64,000 nucleotides of DNA from a bacterium (GCA_021796335.1 JAJYHZ010000001.1:331870-395869); one strand, 5' to 3'. Positions 40,030 to 50,187 are shown, counted from the stretch's first letter. Translations and numbers: made by a program. The notes: generated by a model not told the origin, from the letters alone.

Positions 40030-40836
40030 CTAGTCAGTGCTCATATCCAAAATTTTCCCGAAAAATTCTTTTTGCTGCTCCTTAAAATTATCCTTTATGA
40101 CTTCCTTTACCAATTCCGCATAAATATGATGTTTTCCGAATCTATTTATTTTTTTCGTGAAAATTTCCCGTTCTTTTTTCTGAACTTCTATTTTGAACTG
40201 CTGGCCGTCGAAAATTTTCTGAATATCAAACGCTTTAAAATCCGCGCCATCTTCGCATCCGTAAGAAATGACTTTGCCGGCGAAATTATTCGCTAAATTT
40301 TTCACCCTCTGATCATCCGTATTCAGAATTGCCAGCCCGTTCCAAGGCAACGCCTTGATTAGTTTTCCGTATTCCGCCGCAATCTCGTCCAAACTCTCAA
40401 AATTTTCCCTGTAAATAGCTGTAATTCCGTTTAAAATAACCGCGTTCGGCCTGACAATGCTTAACAAATAATCCATATCGTCCGGATGGTCGATTGCCAT
40501 TTCCAAAATCAAATAATCCGGAGATTTCTTTTTCTTTGAGGGAATCACTGATTTTAATCCTTTCCATAATATTTTAATCCATTTTTCGAAATCTTTTTCC
40601 GCTCCCGGCAATCCCAAAATAGAAAGCGGCAATCCGATTTCCGCGTTAAAATTTTTCTTATTTGCGCCGAACGAAAAGCTGCGTTCTTTTAAAGCTTCTA
40701 TTATTTTGTCTTTCAGCCAAATTCTTCCCGTTGTCCCGCTGATTACAATTACGTACGGTTTGTTTTCCGCCAAATAAATTTTGGCCAGCCACTTAAGTTT
40801 AAATTGAACTATTTTTTTAAGTGAATTATTAATCAT
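40030..40836 (-). CDS. Mur ligase central-domain protein (MurF-like, truncated/degenerate)
   Basis: NFNAEIGLPLSILG, LILEMAID, AILNTDD; P-loop reads SGTTGRIW; no C-terminal domain. Confidence 0.75.
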   Translation of the reverse strand: MINNSLKKIVQFKLKWLAKIYLAENKPYVIVISGTTGRIWLKDKIIEALKERSFSFGANKKNFNAEIGLPLSILGLPGAEKDFEKWIKILWKGLKSVIPSKKKKSPDYLILEMAIDHPDDMDYLLSIVRPNAVILNGITAIYRENFESLDEIAAEYGKLIKALPWNGLAILNTDDQRVKNLANNFAGKVISYGCEDGADFKAFDIQKIFDGQQFKIEVQKKEREIFTKKINRFGKHHIYAELVKEVIKDNFKEQQKEFFGKILDMSTD

Positions 40837-40857
40837 TATAATTTTGCCTTTTTGATT

Positions 40858-42096
40858 TTAATTTAAGGTATGTACTTTAACTTTTTTTGGTATAATTTTT
40901 AAAATTGGCTTTGGTTGGCTCTCAAAATATGCTTTTATCCGCCTGAATGCTTCGTCAATATCTTCCTTTGATCTGCCGAAAGAAACCCGAAAATGGCCTT
41001 CTCCGCTCGGACCGAAAGCCACTCCCGGCACCACAGCCACGTGCGCTTTTTCCAATAAGTCCAGAGCAAACTCCCAAGAATTTTTATTTCCCAAAATCTT
41101 CGGAAAGACAAAATATGAGCTGTTTGGTTTTTGATATGACAAATACTCCGATAAATCATCCAAACGCCCGCAAATCAAATTTCTTCTTTCTTCAAATTCT
41201 TTACTGAATTTTTTAACTTCTTCTCCTCCGAAATCCAAAGCAGCCATAGCCGCGTATTGCGAAATTACGGGCGCGCAAGTTACCAAAGAATCGTGCACTT
41301 TTAAAATTTCTTTCACAATTTCTTCATTGCTATGAAGAAATCCGGCTCGCCATCCTGTCATAGCGTATGCTTTTGACAAGCTGAAGAACCGGATGACAAT
41401 ATTCCTGTATTCCGGCATCTGCGCCAAACTAAACAACTTATAATTCGCGGATTCGGATGCTATTTGCAGGGGATCGCTATATATGAAATCCTTGTAGACC
41501 TCGTCGCTTAGAATGAAAAATTTCTTCTTCAAGGCCAGTATAGCTATTCTCAGCAAATCCTCTTTCGGATAAACAGTCCCGGTTGGATTATTGGGGTTAC
41601 AGAATAAAATCGCCGCCGTTCTGGAATTTATTTTTCTCTCAAGACTGTCAAAATCGATACCCCATCCTTCACTTTCTAGCAAATTGACAAAAACCGGCTT
41701 ACCGCCGGCCACTTTCACCGCCTCTGCATAAGAAGTATAACTTGGAGAAAATATAATTACCTCATCTTTTTTTTGATCAATTAAGGCAATCAACGAAGCT
41801 GTAATTCCCTCGATTGATCCGGCAGTCACAATGATTTCCTTTTCAAAATCATAATACATTCCTTCTTGCGCCAACGCATATTCTATGGATTCCCTCAATT
41901 CCGGCAAACCCATTGTTAAAGAATACTTCGCAACGCTTCCTTTGTTTAACGCTTTAATAGCCGCCTTTTTAACCACTTCCGGCGTATCGAACGAAGGAAT
42001 TCCCTGCGCCAATGAAACCACGTCCGGAATTTTTGAAGCCAAAATCTCGATTTGTTTGATGGGAGAAAGATTTATTTTCTGAGTTCGCGAAAACAT
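40858..42096 (-). CDS. PLP-dependent class I/II aminotransferase
   Basis: NPNNPTG, SDEVY, SLSKAYAMTGWRAG. Confidence 0.93.
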   Translation of the reverse strand: MFSRTQKINLSPIKQIEILASKIPDVVSLAQGIPSFDTPEVVKKAAIKALNKGSVAKYSLTMGLPELRESIEYALAQEGMYYDFEKEIIVTAGSIEGITASLIALIDQKKDEVIIFSPSYTSYAEAVKVAGGKPVFVNLLESEGWGIDFDSLERKINSRTAAILFCNPNNPTGTVYPKEDLLRIAILALKKKFFILSDEVYKDFIYSDPLQIASESANYKLFSLAQMPEYRNIVIRFFSLSKAYAMTGWRAGFLHSNEEIVKEILKVHDSLVTCAPVISQYAAMAALDFGGEEVKKFSKEFEERRNLICGRLDDLSEYLSYQKPNSSYFVFPKILGNKNSWEFALDLLEKAHVAVVPGVAFGPSGEGHFRVSFGRSKEDIDEAFRRIKAYFESQPKPILKIIPKKVKVHTLN

Positions 42097-42140
42097 TTAA
42101 GTAAAAATTTAATTTATCATAGCAAAATTACTTTTATTCT

Positions 42141-42632
42141 TCAATCACCGCCTTCATCTCCATAATTTTTCGGAATTACGAGATTATTTGAATTAGAGCT
42201 AGTTGCGTTATTTTTTTGAAGTTGTTGTTTATTGATTATTTGATTCAAATCACCGACCAAATATGCCGCCAGCAAATTGTCTGCATAACTTGAATGAGGC
42301 CCGCCCTTACCTCCCTTTGTGTTAAAGGCTTGCGTAGCATCTTGGCCGCAATACGGCAACATTGATTGCACTCCTCCTGGGTGGATTGGCAGATAACTCG
42401 TTACATCATAGATTTTATTGCCAATTATCATCCAACAACTATTTTCGGAATTGTGTTTCGCGACTTCTTTTAAATTTAAAGTTATCTGCCCCAAGTTTTG
42501 AATTGTGGTTGTAGGCACTCCTCCGCCCGGCGAAATATTTGAAACCGGCGCGTTTCTGCCAAGCCCCAAAATGGCTATTGCGATAACTGCCGTCCAAAAT
42601 ATTATCAGCGATATTCCAATCAATTTTTTCAT
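42141..42632 (-). CDS. Membrane-anchored cytochrome b5-like heme protein
   Basis: EVAKHN...CW....KIYDVTSYL..HPGG, GQDAT, HS. Confidence 0.9.
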   Translation of the reverse strand: MKKLIGISLIIFWTAVIAIAILGLGRNAPVSNISPGGGVPTTTIQNLGQITLNLKEVAKHNSENSCWMIIGNKIYDVTSYLPIHPGGVQSMLPYCGQDATQAFNTKGGKGGPHSSYADNLLAAYLVGDLNQIINKQQLQKNNATSSNSNNLVIPKNYGDEGGD

Positions 42633-43924
42633 AAATTAAATTTTTCAAAATGAATATTCTCTGCAGGAACTCCATAACTTAAAAATTGGCTTTTTAAATC
42701 TTCCATCATCGGTCCGGGCCCGCAAAGAAAGATTTCTTTGCTTTTTACCTCTTTTATTTCGTTTATTGATCTACAGCTGATTTTACCCTGATCGCTGGAA
42801 CACCATGAAAACACCCGGAATTTTTCATTTGTTTTGGCAATTTTAAAAAACTCATCCAAAAAAATTGCATCTTTTCCGCCTTTAAAACTGTAGAAAAAAT
42901 CCACATTAAATTCGTTTTTATTTAAACTCCTGGCCATACTTAAGAACGGTGTTATCCCGATTCCTCCCGCCACCCAAATTTCATCCGCCTTACCGCTTGC
43001 TATTGAAAACTGTCCGTAAGGACCTTCTATTTCAGCCGCCATTCCTTCTTTTAAATCCTTATTTAAGACAGCTGTGTAATCCCCCAAAACCTTAATAGCC
43101 AACTTTAAAGATTTATCGAATATTCCCGAAGAAATTGAAAAAGGATGCGCTTCGGAAGCTATTCCTTCTCCTTTAAATTTTACAAAAATAAATTGCCCCG
43201 GAGAAAATTTTAACGATTCATTTTGCGGCAATAATTCAACTTCTATGACATCATCTGCCAAATGAGTTACTTTTGAAACAACGTATTCTAATTTTCTTTT
43301 AGTCAACCTCTCATTCGCAATTTTATATCCCGTTAAAAGCAAAGCTATAATCGCCAATCCCAAAATATAAATCCTTAAAAATTGATCGTAGAAAATGCTG
43401 CTTGGTATCAAAAAAGAATGAAGTCCGCCAAAAAATAATGCCAAAGGCAAAATACTGTGAGTCGTTTTCCAAACCTGGTACGAAATTTTATCTTTCACAA
43501 AGAAAGTCAGATAAAGCAAAATCATCATCAAGCCCAATCCAATTATTCCCAGTAACACAGGGAAATCATTCGTGAAAAATAACGAAGCGGCATTTGCCCA
43601 TGAAATCCGGGCATATCTTACCACCAAAAGCAAGGGATGAAATATCAGCAAAGTAAAAGCCGCCCCTCCCAAAATGTGGTGATTGGCATAGGCATTATCC
43701 AATCCGCCAAAAGCTTTATCTAGCCATTTTGACCGATTGCTTAAAATCAAGGCGACTGAAAATAAAACCATTCCTGCCAGCCCCGACATTTGCCCGAAAC
43801 TTGTTGAAATTAATCCCAAATCAACGAATTTGTTTGCGGGCGCGATTACAAACCAACGCAAGAGCGGAATTATCGTTAATATAAAAATTAAAAGCAAACT
43901 CCGATTGCTTTTTTTCTTAAACAT
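42629..43924 (-). CDS. Ferric reductase-like TM domain plus FAD/NAD-binding oxidoreductase
   Basis: Heme His pairs, PGQF, HPFSISS, EGPYG, AGGIGITPF, CGP. Confidence 0.9.
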   Translation of the reverse strand: MFKKKSNRSLLLIFILTIIPLLRWFVIAPANKFVDLGLISTSFGQMSGLAGMVLFSVALILSNRSKWLDKAFGGLDNAYANHHILGGAAFTLLIFHPLLLVVRYARISWANAASLFFTNDFPVLLGIIGLGLMMILLYLTFFVKDKISYQVWKTTHSILPLALFFGGLHSFLIPSSIFYDQFLRIYILGLAIIALLLTGYKIANERLTKRKLEYVVSKVTHLADDVIEVELLPQNESLKFSPGQFIFVKFKGEGIASEAHPFSISSGIFDKSLKLAIKVLGDYTAVLNKDLKEGMAAEIEGPYGQFSIASGKADEIWVAGGIGITPFLSMARSLNKNEFNVDFFYSFKGGKDAIFLDEFFKIAKTNEKFRVFSWCSSDQGKISCRSINEIKEVKSKEIFLCGPGPMMEDLKSQFLSYGVPAENIHFEKFNL

Positions 43925-43941
43925 TAAAAAAATACAAGAGT

Positions 43942-44402
43942 TTAAATTATTTGATAATAGTCTTCCTTTTCAGTCACCAAATCAAGGCGCAGATATCTTA
44001 ACCAGTTTGGCTTAACCTTGAAAACCGCGAAATCTTTTCCTTCTAATTTTAAAAACGGACCGTAGTAAAGATTCTTCAGATCGGGATCAATGGTTATTTT
44101 GTCCAAATAAGGCAAACCCTCTCCTTTCAGCCATTCCGCCTCGCCGTTTAATTGAACCGTGCCCGGCGCAAGTTCCGTTCCTATCACCATGGCAATGTTT
44201 TTGTTATTTTGCAAATTTTTAAACTTTCTGGTCCTTTGTCTGGTTATGAAATAAAAATTCAAATCATCATCGAAAAAAACATTGTAATCGCTCCGTTCGC
44301 TCTGCCGTCTTCTGAGACAGTGGAAAGCGCCGCCAATTTATGCGCCTTTAAGAAACTAATCAATTCTTCCTTTAAAGCCTGTTTGTCATAATTTTCTTCC
44401 AT
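43942..44402 (-). pseudogene. Pyridoxamine 5'-phosphate oxidase-like protein, frameshifted at a T7 tract
   Basis: ATG 44402 frame (LAALSTVSEDG) rejoins DDDLNFYFITRQRTRKFKNL if T7 (44273-44279) were T8. Confidence 0.75.
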
Positions 44403-44452
44403 GAATCAATTATACAATAAATTTTAAAATTAAAAACAAGACAAGGGATTAG

Positions 44453-44758
44453 TTAACCGACCTGCAGAAAAACAACTCCGGCAATAATCAAAACAATTCC
44501 GGTGATATTCCAAAAAGATATCTGTTCATGCCATGATAGATATCCGATTAAGAAAGCAAGGCTGTTCGTTACAGCCGTGGCGATAAACCAAATTACGATA
44601 AATCTTGGCGCCGTCGCGTAGCTCCATAAAAACAAGAATTGAAATATTAAAATAAGCGGGATCGCATAAATAAAATCATTCAAAAAATTCCCCCGCAAAA
44701 AATAAATAGTCCCGATTTGCAACAAGGCCGCAACGATTATCGCAAAAATGTAAATCAT
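44453..44758 (-). CDS. Small 4-TM membrane protein (SMR/DMT-like)
   Basis: 101 aa hydrophobic; E.IS.....GIVLIIAGV. Confidence 0.65.
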   Translation of the reverse strand: MIYIFAIIVAALLQIGTIYFLRGNFLNDFIYAIPLILIFQFLFLWSYATAPRFIVIWFIATAVTNSLAFLIGYLSWHEQISFWNITGIVLIIAGVVFLQVG

Positions 44759-44764
44759 AATATT

Positions 44765-46039
44765 TTATTTGCTCTTAAAACAGGATTGATAAATTTTTAA
44801 ATGGTCCAAAACCAGGCGCGGAAATAAAAATTTTTTGATTACGGTTTTCTTAGCCGTCTCTCCCATTTTTTTCTTTTTTGCCGGATCTGCCAAAAAAAGA
44901 TTGATTCTTTCCGCAAGATCGGCGGGCGTTTCCGCGATAAAACCGTTTTCCCCGTCAGTAATTTGCTTGCGGATTCCAGACGCCGGCCCTCCAATTACCG
45001 GCTGGCCTTTCCACATTGCTTCCACAACCGTTAATCCAAATCCTTCTTTTATCGAATTCTGCACGATGACATCCGCGCCGTTTTGCGCCATAATCGTAAA
45101 TTCCTCGACATTCTTTCCTTTAGGATCGAAAAAAATGTAGATATCTTCCGATTTTTTGGCAACCGCTTCGATATCTTTATAAATAACTGCCGCTGCCGGA
45201 TTATCTTTTGCCTTGTTAAAACCGACCAAAACCAGCCGTGCTTCGGGATGCGTGCTTTGTACCAGCCGAAACGCCTGTATGACCCCCAGCGGATTTTTCC
45301 AAATGTCAAAGCGCGATATTTGGGCTACAAGCGGATAATCCGCTGGTATGCCACCTTGTTTTTTTAAATAGCGCCGTGCTTCTTTTTTGGAAACGATTTT
45401 TTGTTTTGGCGATAACGGATCGATTGCCGGCGTAAAAATTTTCAGCTTCGAATGCGGCAAATCACCGTTCACAAACTCGCTGTTACTGAAAACAATTCTA
45501 TCGTAAACACCGATAGCCGGAAGGATTTTCTCCCAAACCGGTTTAAACGCGGCAGACGTATCAATATGGCAGAAAAAAATTTTTTTCTTTTCAAAACCCA
45601 AGTAAGTTCCGGCAAAAAGCGGCTGCGGATCGTTTATAACTATTATGTCGCAGTCGATTTTTTCGATTTCCGCGGCAAGGAGTTTATTAACCCGCTGGTA
45701 CTCCACCCAATCTTTATTGCTGATTTTAACCGGAGCGCCCTGCAAAGCGTTATGGATTTTATTGGTTATATCAAAAAATTTTTTGTCGATTTCCGGATTT
45801 ATGGAATACCAATCGCTTTGGATTCCCAATGAGCGAAAATACGGAATCAGGCTCTTGAGCAATTCCGCCACTCCTCCGCCAACGCCCGTGGCGTTTATAT
45901 GAACCACCCGTTTGCCCTTTAAAAAAGAAGCTCTCGTCAGCAATTCTTTTTTTTGTTTTTCCGTCAAAAATTTCAGAAAATCCGCCGGATGAATTTGTCT
46001 TGAGACAATGATTTTTTTAAGCACCTTTTCTCCTGTCAT
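44765..46039 (-). CDS. GT4 glycosyltransferase, TreT-like trehalose synthase
   Basis: HINATGVGGGVAELL, HNALQG, DPQP, SRFDIWKNP, EGFGLTVVEAMWK. Confidence 0.88.
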   Translation of the reverse strand: MTGEKVLKKIIVSRQIHPADFLKFLTEKQKKELLTRASFLKGKRVVHINATGVGGGVAELLKSLIPYFRSLGIQSDWYSINPEIDKKFFDITNKIHNALQGAPVKISNKDWVEYQRVNKLLAAEIEKIDCDIIVINDPQPLFAGTYLGFEKKKIFFCHIDTSAAFKPVWEKILPAIGVYDRIVFSNSEFVNGDLPHSKLKIFTPAIDPLSPKQKIVSKKEARRYLKKQGGIPADYPLVAQISRFDIWKNPLGVIQAFRLVQSTHPEARLVLVGFNKAKDNPAAAVIYKDIEAVAKKSEDIYIFFDPKGKNVEEFTIMAQNGADVIVQNSIKEGFGLTVVEAMWKGQPVIGGPASGIRKQITDGENGFIAETPADLAERINLFLADPAKKKKMGETAKKTVIKKFLFPRLVLDHLKIYQSCFKSK

Positions 46040-46061
46040 GCTTACAAATTCCTGTTAACGA

Positions 46062-46757
46062 TTAAACCGTTTTTTCTTTCTCCGCTTCCTGAACATTTAT
46101 CGCTTTTTCAACCGCCTTTTGCGTTTTTTGGAATCCCAATAGCGAAAAAACCACCAGGCTGCCCAGAACTATTCCGACTAAATTAAATATAAAAATTACA
46201 AAAGCCAGCCGGCTGGTCACCAGATTAAAAGAACTCAAACTGATTCCCAAAGCGGAGAGCGGCGGGACCAGAGAAACCGCGATGGCTATTCCCGGCAGGA
46301 TATCAATAATGTCTTTTCTTGACCAGGCGAAAGTTGCGGCCATGCCCGAAGCGATTGCCACAAAAAAATATAAAATCGCCACACGCAGGGAATTATCAAA
46401 AATTGAAATTGTCTGCGGACTGCCGAATAAAATCGCCAGCAGAAATGAAACCACCACGACCGCCAAGGCAGATTTTAAAATCAAAACAGTCGGAGCCTTC
46501 AGCGCCTTGAATTCCCCCACTATTATTCCCAGCGCGATTACCAAAATGGGAGTCAAAAGCGGCGCTACCAGCATCCCGCCGATTACGATTGTCGAATTTC
46601 CCAAAAGCAGCCCGCAAGCGACTATAAGAGAAGACAAAATCAATAAAGTGTAGTAAATCGAATTGGGTTGGCTTTTTTTGAATAATTCCTCGACAGTGGC
46701 ATACTGATCAGTTTTTTTTATCTCCAAAATTTTTAAACTGTTTTTTTCGTTCGCCAT
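46062..46757 (-). CDS. DUF389 membrane protein
   Basis: IGGMLVAPLLTPI, LPGIAIAVSLVPPL. Confidence 0.85.
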   Translation of the reverse strand: MANEKNSLKILEIKKTDQYATVEELFKKSQPNSIYYTLLILSSLIVACGLLLGNSTIVIGGMLVAPLLTPILVIALGIIVGEFKALKAPTVLILKSALAVVVVSFLLAILFGSPQTISIFDNSLRVAILYFFVAIASGMAATFAWSRKDIIDILPGIAIAVSLVPPLSALGISLSSFNLVTSRLAFVIFIFNLVGIVLGSLVVFSLLGFQKTQKAVEKAINVQEAEKEKTV

Positions 46758-46817
46758 AATCCCATTTTATTTAAAGCAGCGCCGTAAATCAAACTAACAA
46801 AAAATCCCGAAAATAAA

Positions 46818-48053
46818 TTACTGTGTTGGACCGACGATAAAATGCACCAGATAGTTTGGTTGACTGGTAGTCGCGTTCTGCGCGCTTAAATCTATCTGGC
46901 CCTGCCCGTCAAACTCATAATAATATGACCAGCAGTTTGCAGTAGCCTGGTATGCCTGGCCATAAGGGCCGGCATTAGAAATCCAGGTTGAAGTCGCATT
47001 ACCGCTTACTGTTTTGAATTGCAAATTATTGTTTTTGTCCGGAAAGTCGTTTTTCGGCAAGTTAATGAAAAGCCGCGTCGTCTCCGGAATGTTTTGCGTG
47101 GAACCGTTGGAAATTCCCCCGCAAACCAAAATTTTCGTATCGCTTGATATATTGGAAAACTGCGGAAGAATTTGTAAAGGATTATTTGACAAAATTTGTT
47201 CCACCTCCTGATAACCCGGCAAAAACGCGTAATTGTATCTCGCCGGCAAAGCAAAAATATAACTGGAATTATAGCCCAGCAAAGAAGGATTTATCGGCGC
47301 CGCTCCGATATGAAATTGATTTTGAAGTAAAGCATCCCACTGATCCGGAGTAAAAATCATTATCGGAATATCCTGGTAAGGATTTTGCGAAGTCCACTGC
47401 GGATTTCTGATTAGAATTTCCGTTCCTGTTGCGAAAGGAATATCTCCCGTCGGACCGCTGGTATAACCTTCCCATGCGCTGGTTGTAGTCGTAAAGCCGT
47501 TCCAATCCTGCGGCAAAGCAAAGCTGAATCCGTATTGATTGTCCACGTAATCAACCGGCCCTTGCGCTTGCGCCTGCGGTGGCGGATAACCGGAAAAACT
47601 TGTTATAAGCCATACATTGTTAACGTATCCGACTGTTGATTTTATCGGATATTCGCCGCTGTTTCCTCCGGTTGCCAAATTTTGGCTCGACATCTCTATT
47701 ACATCGCCGTCCACCTCATAAGAATTATTTCCGATTTTTTGAATCGCGGTTATTTGAATGCTGTCAGGCCATGGACTGGAAACCAACCTGCCCGGCGCTT
47801 GCGACGGATTATTTTCCCACTGCGCCAACAAAGCCGGCGCCGCGTAATTTTTATAAGTACTGTCCATCTCCGAAATCGCGTTCGGATCCAACAAAGAAAC
47901 ATTTTTTAAAACACTGCCAAAATTTTCCACCGCATTTTTTACCGCCGCCTCGTTCGCCTGCTCTCTTTGAACCGCCTTATGCTGATACCAAAAATACGCC
48001 CCCGCTCCCCCGACTACAATAATAATTGATATTGCAATAAATATTTTTTTCAT
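46818..48053 (-). CDS. Membrane-anchored extracellular hypothetical protein
   Basis: TM anchor; PGRLVSSPWPD and FALPARYN domains. Confidence 0.7.
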   Translation of the reverse strand: MKKIFIAISIIIVVGGAGAYFWYQHKAVQREQANEAAVKNAVENFGSVLKNVSLLDPNAISEMDSTYKNYAAPALLAQWENNPSQAPGRLVSSPWPDSIQITAIQKIGNNSYEVDGDVIEMSSQNLATGGNSGEYPIKSTVGYVNNVWLITSFSGYPPPQAQAQGPVDYVDNQYGFSFALPQDWNGFTTTTSAWEGYTSGPTGDIPFATGTEILIRNPQWTSQNPYQDIPIMIFTPDQWDALLQNQFHIGAAPINPSLLGYNSSYIFALPARYNYAFLPGYQEVEQILSNNPLQILPQFSNISSDTKILVCGGISNGSTQNIPETTRLFINLPKNDFPDKNNNLQFKTVSGNATSTWISNAGPYGQAYQATANCWSYYYEFDGQGQIDLSAQNATTSQPNYLVHFIVGPTQ

Positions 48054-48095
48054 TTAGGTTAGACTCCATTCAGTTGTACTAATGATACCAAAAAA

Positions 48096-48911
48096 TTCGG
48101 AGTTGGTTAATTCAAGATTAAAAAAATCTAGAAAGAGATTTTGTAATTACATCTATATTATTTTTTTGGCAATATGATTTTATATCGTTTTCAAAACACT
48201 CAGATTTTGTTTTTATGTTTTTTATAGGAGGCGGAATTAAATCGATGCTATAAACAAAATAAATAGAACCATCTTTGCCATCTAATTGCTTAATTCCTTT
48301 ATTTATCATTTCTTTTGCTTTGCTAATTAATCGTTTATAATTCTCTTCATCATTTTCCAAAAAAAACTCAAACGATCCTGCTGAGCTACCCTCAAGTATG
48401 CCACCCTGCTCCCGCATCTTTTTAATTAAATTTTTCTTAACATCACTATTATTTAAATTTTTTACTTCAATATATTTTTTAGTTTTTTCTAAAAAAATAT
48501 CTGGTCCTGAATTTTTATCAGATAAAAAAACTGGCTTATCACTTCCATATTCAGCGGCAACTAAGATTTCCGCCAATTTATCAATTAATTGATTAATATT
48601 TTTTATATTTTCAAATTTATTACGAAGTAAATTTAATTGATCCTCATTTAAATGGCTTAAATTTTTATTAACTCTATTTATCCAATTCTGATACATGCTT
48701 TGGTCATCCCGATTTATCCAATCTTTAGCAGCTTGACATTTGTTTAACACATTTAAAATATCCATAAAATATTCTTTATCAAATCAAACTTGAAACTATT
48801 TTTGAAAATAAAGATGACGCGGAAACCGAAATTATAAAGGTTATCACCTCTAAAATATCAGATAATATCGGACAATTTATAGAATTTCTGATAATTTGTC
48901 CTTCTCTGCGG
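48096..48911. mobile_element. Unit C: non-autonomous mini-element or remnant of the unit-A family
   Basis: 48790-48911 is ~89% identical (13 mismatches in 122) to 61016-61137; tcaaacttga at 48784 matches 59414; the left boundary (ttcggag at 48096) is tentative. Confidence 0.55.
48118..48765 (-). CDS. Putative PD-(D/E)xK nuclease-fold protein
   Basis: LAEILVA...GPDIFL...YIEVKNL; very AT-rich. Confidence 0.55.
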   Translation of the reverse strand: MDILNVLNKCQAAKDWINRDDQSMYQNWINRVNKNLSHLNEDQLNLLRNKFENIKNINQLIDKLAEILVAAEYGSDKPVFLSDKNSGPDIFLEKTKKYIEVKNLNNSDVKKNLIKKMREQGGILEGSSAGSFEFFLENDEENYKRLISKAKEMINKGIKQLDGKDGSIYFVYSIDLIPPPIKNIKTKSECFENDIKSYCQKNNIDVITKSLSRFF

Positions 48912-49118
48912 TGTGTATTGGACGAAGTTCGAATGTATTTCGGACAAAATCCGCAGGATTTTGACGAATGACACTTGCGCCTCGGCCGCGCTCGACAAGC
49001 TCGCGCGGGGCAAAACCCAAAAATTTCCCATCATTTTTATTTGCGGCTCCCCCCACACCCCCGCCGCGAAGCGGAAAATTTGAAAGGAAGGAAATTTTTG
49101 GTTTTGTCGCCACCACTT
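48907..49118 (+). repeat. Inverted repeat arm (P' arm), partner 53758-53970
   Basis: 212/213 bp reverse complement with 1 substitution and 1 homopolymer indel. Confidence 0.95.
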
Positions 49119-49416
49119 CACTCCTCCAAAAAGGCTTATAAGTCATATTAGCATTTTTGCCGGTTTTACGCCCGCCTTTTCTCCGTCGTTTGCGTCGGCC
49201 CGAGGCGCTCCCGTCTCCGCGTTTGGTGGTAGTTCGGTAATCCGCTCACACTTTGCAAGCACCTCGCACTGGCCGCTCACATCCGTTCGCGATGCCTGCT
49301 CGGTACTTGCTTCGTGTTCGCTCGGTGGCTTCGGCGGTGTCAGTGGTAGCTCTTTGTGCTTGCCCACCCGCCCAGTGCACGCACAAGCCCGTCCGCTGAC
49401 GCGGGCGGCTCCCTTA

Positions 49417-50184
49417 TTACCAAATTGCTTGATTCCAATTTCCTGCCAAGGTTGTTTGTGCCAAGTTCTTAATTTTTTGTTTCTCGGCAAGCGTTAATTC
49501 ACCCGACACTTCATTACTTTGGTTTGAGGGGTCATTGATAACTTTATTTTCAAAATCATTGACTAAATAGTTCATTATTTTTACAAAATTATTCGCTGGG
49601 CTTGAGCCGATCAACCCAGTGCCTTTCAGAGCTTCAATAACTGAGAGTTCAAGATAGAAGGAAGGGAAATCTAAATTGTGTAATTTTCTCCAAATTTTTA
49701 TAGCCTTAATATCAGATACTCTACCAGAATTTTTTACAAGATTGATATGCGCATCAATGTTGGTTTTTGTCCAAGTTTTTGCTTTTCTTTTCCAAATGGA
49801 GTGGTCGAGTCCGAGAATATGATGTTTTACACCTGCAACAACATCAATTTTTAATCCGGTATGATCAATTCCAACAGATACATTTTGTTCTCGCGCTGTA
49901 TATCCAGCCCCATTAAACCTATTTCGTAGAGTGTTATAAACATTCTCAAGTGTATTGCAAGTGCTTACTGATTGGTCAAGTGAAATAAATATATCAATAT
50001 CTGTCGTACCTGTGATAGCTGTTCCTTTAGCAATCGATCCAGAAAGTTTTAGGATATATGAATGCCCATTTGCCCACGCGTGAATGTGCGGTTTTAATTC
50101 GTCAATTTTATTCTGAACAACATATGTAATGTTCGGAGTGTGTTGGGCAACAATTTGTGTTATGTATTGGTCGTTCTCGTTCAT
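49417..50184 (-). CDS. cGAS/DncV-like (SMODS/OAS-like) nucleotidyltransferase, CD-NTase
   Basis: SGSIAKGTAI..TTDIDIF, IDVV, IKAIKIW, FPSFYLEL, DPSN.SN.VS. Confidence 0.88.
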   Translation of the reverse strand: MNENDQYITQIVAQHTPNITYVVQNKIDELKPHIHAWANGHSYILKLSGSIAKGTAITGTTDIDIFISLDQSVSTCNTLENVYNTLRNRFNGAGYTAREQNVSVGIDHTGLKIDVVAGVKHHILGLDHSIWKRKAKTWTKTNIDAHINLVKNSGRVSDIKAIKIWRKLHNLDFPSFYLELSVIEALKGTGLIGSSPANNFVKIMNYLVNDFENKVINDPSNQSNEVSGELTLAEKQKIKNLAQTTLAGNWNQAIW

Positions 50185-50187
50185 AAA

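Noticed and set aside
4868-47909. Many antisense ORFs of 60-160 aa over long genes
   Set aside because: Shadow frames of well-supported genes, with no motifs or RBS.
48858-49490. Short ORFs at 48858-49490, 53719-54193 and 55325-55639 with duplicated peptide sequences
   Set aside because: By-products of the inverted repeats and GC-rich non-coding DNA, not independent genes.
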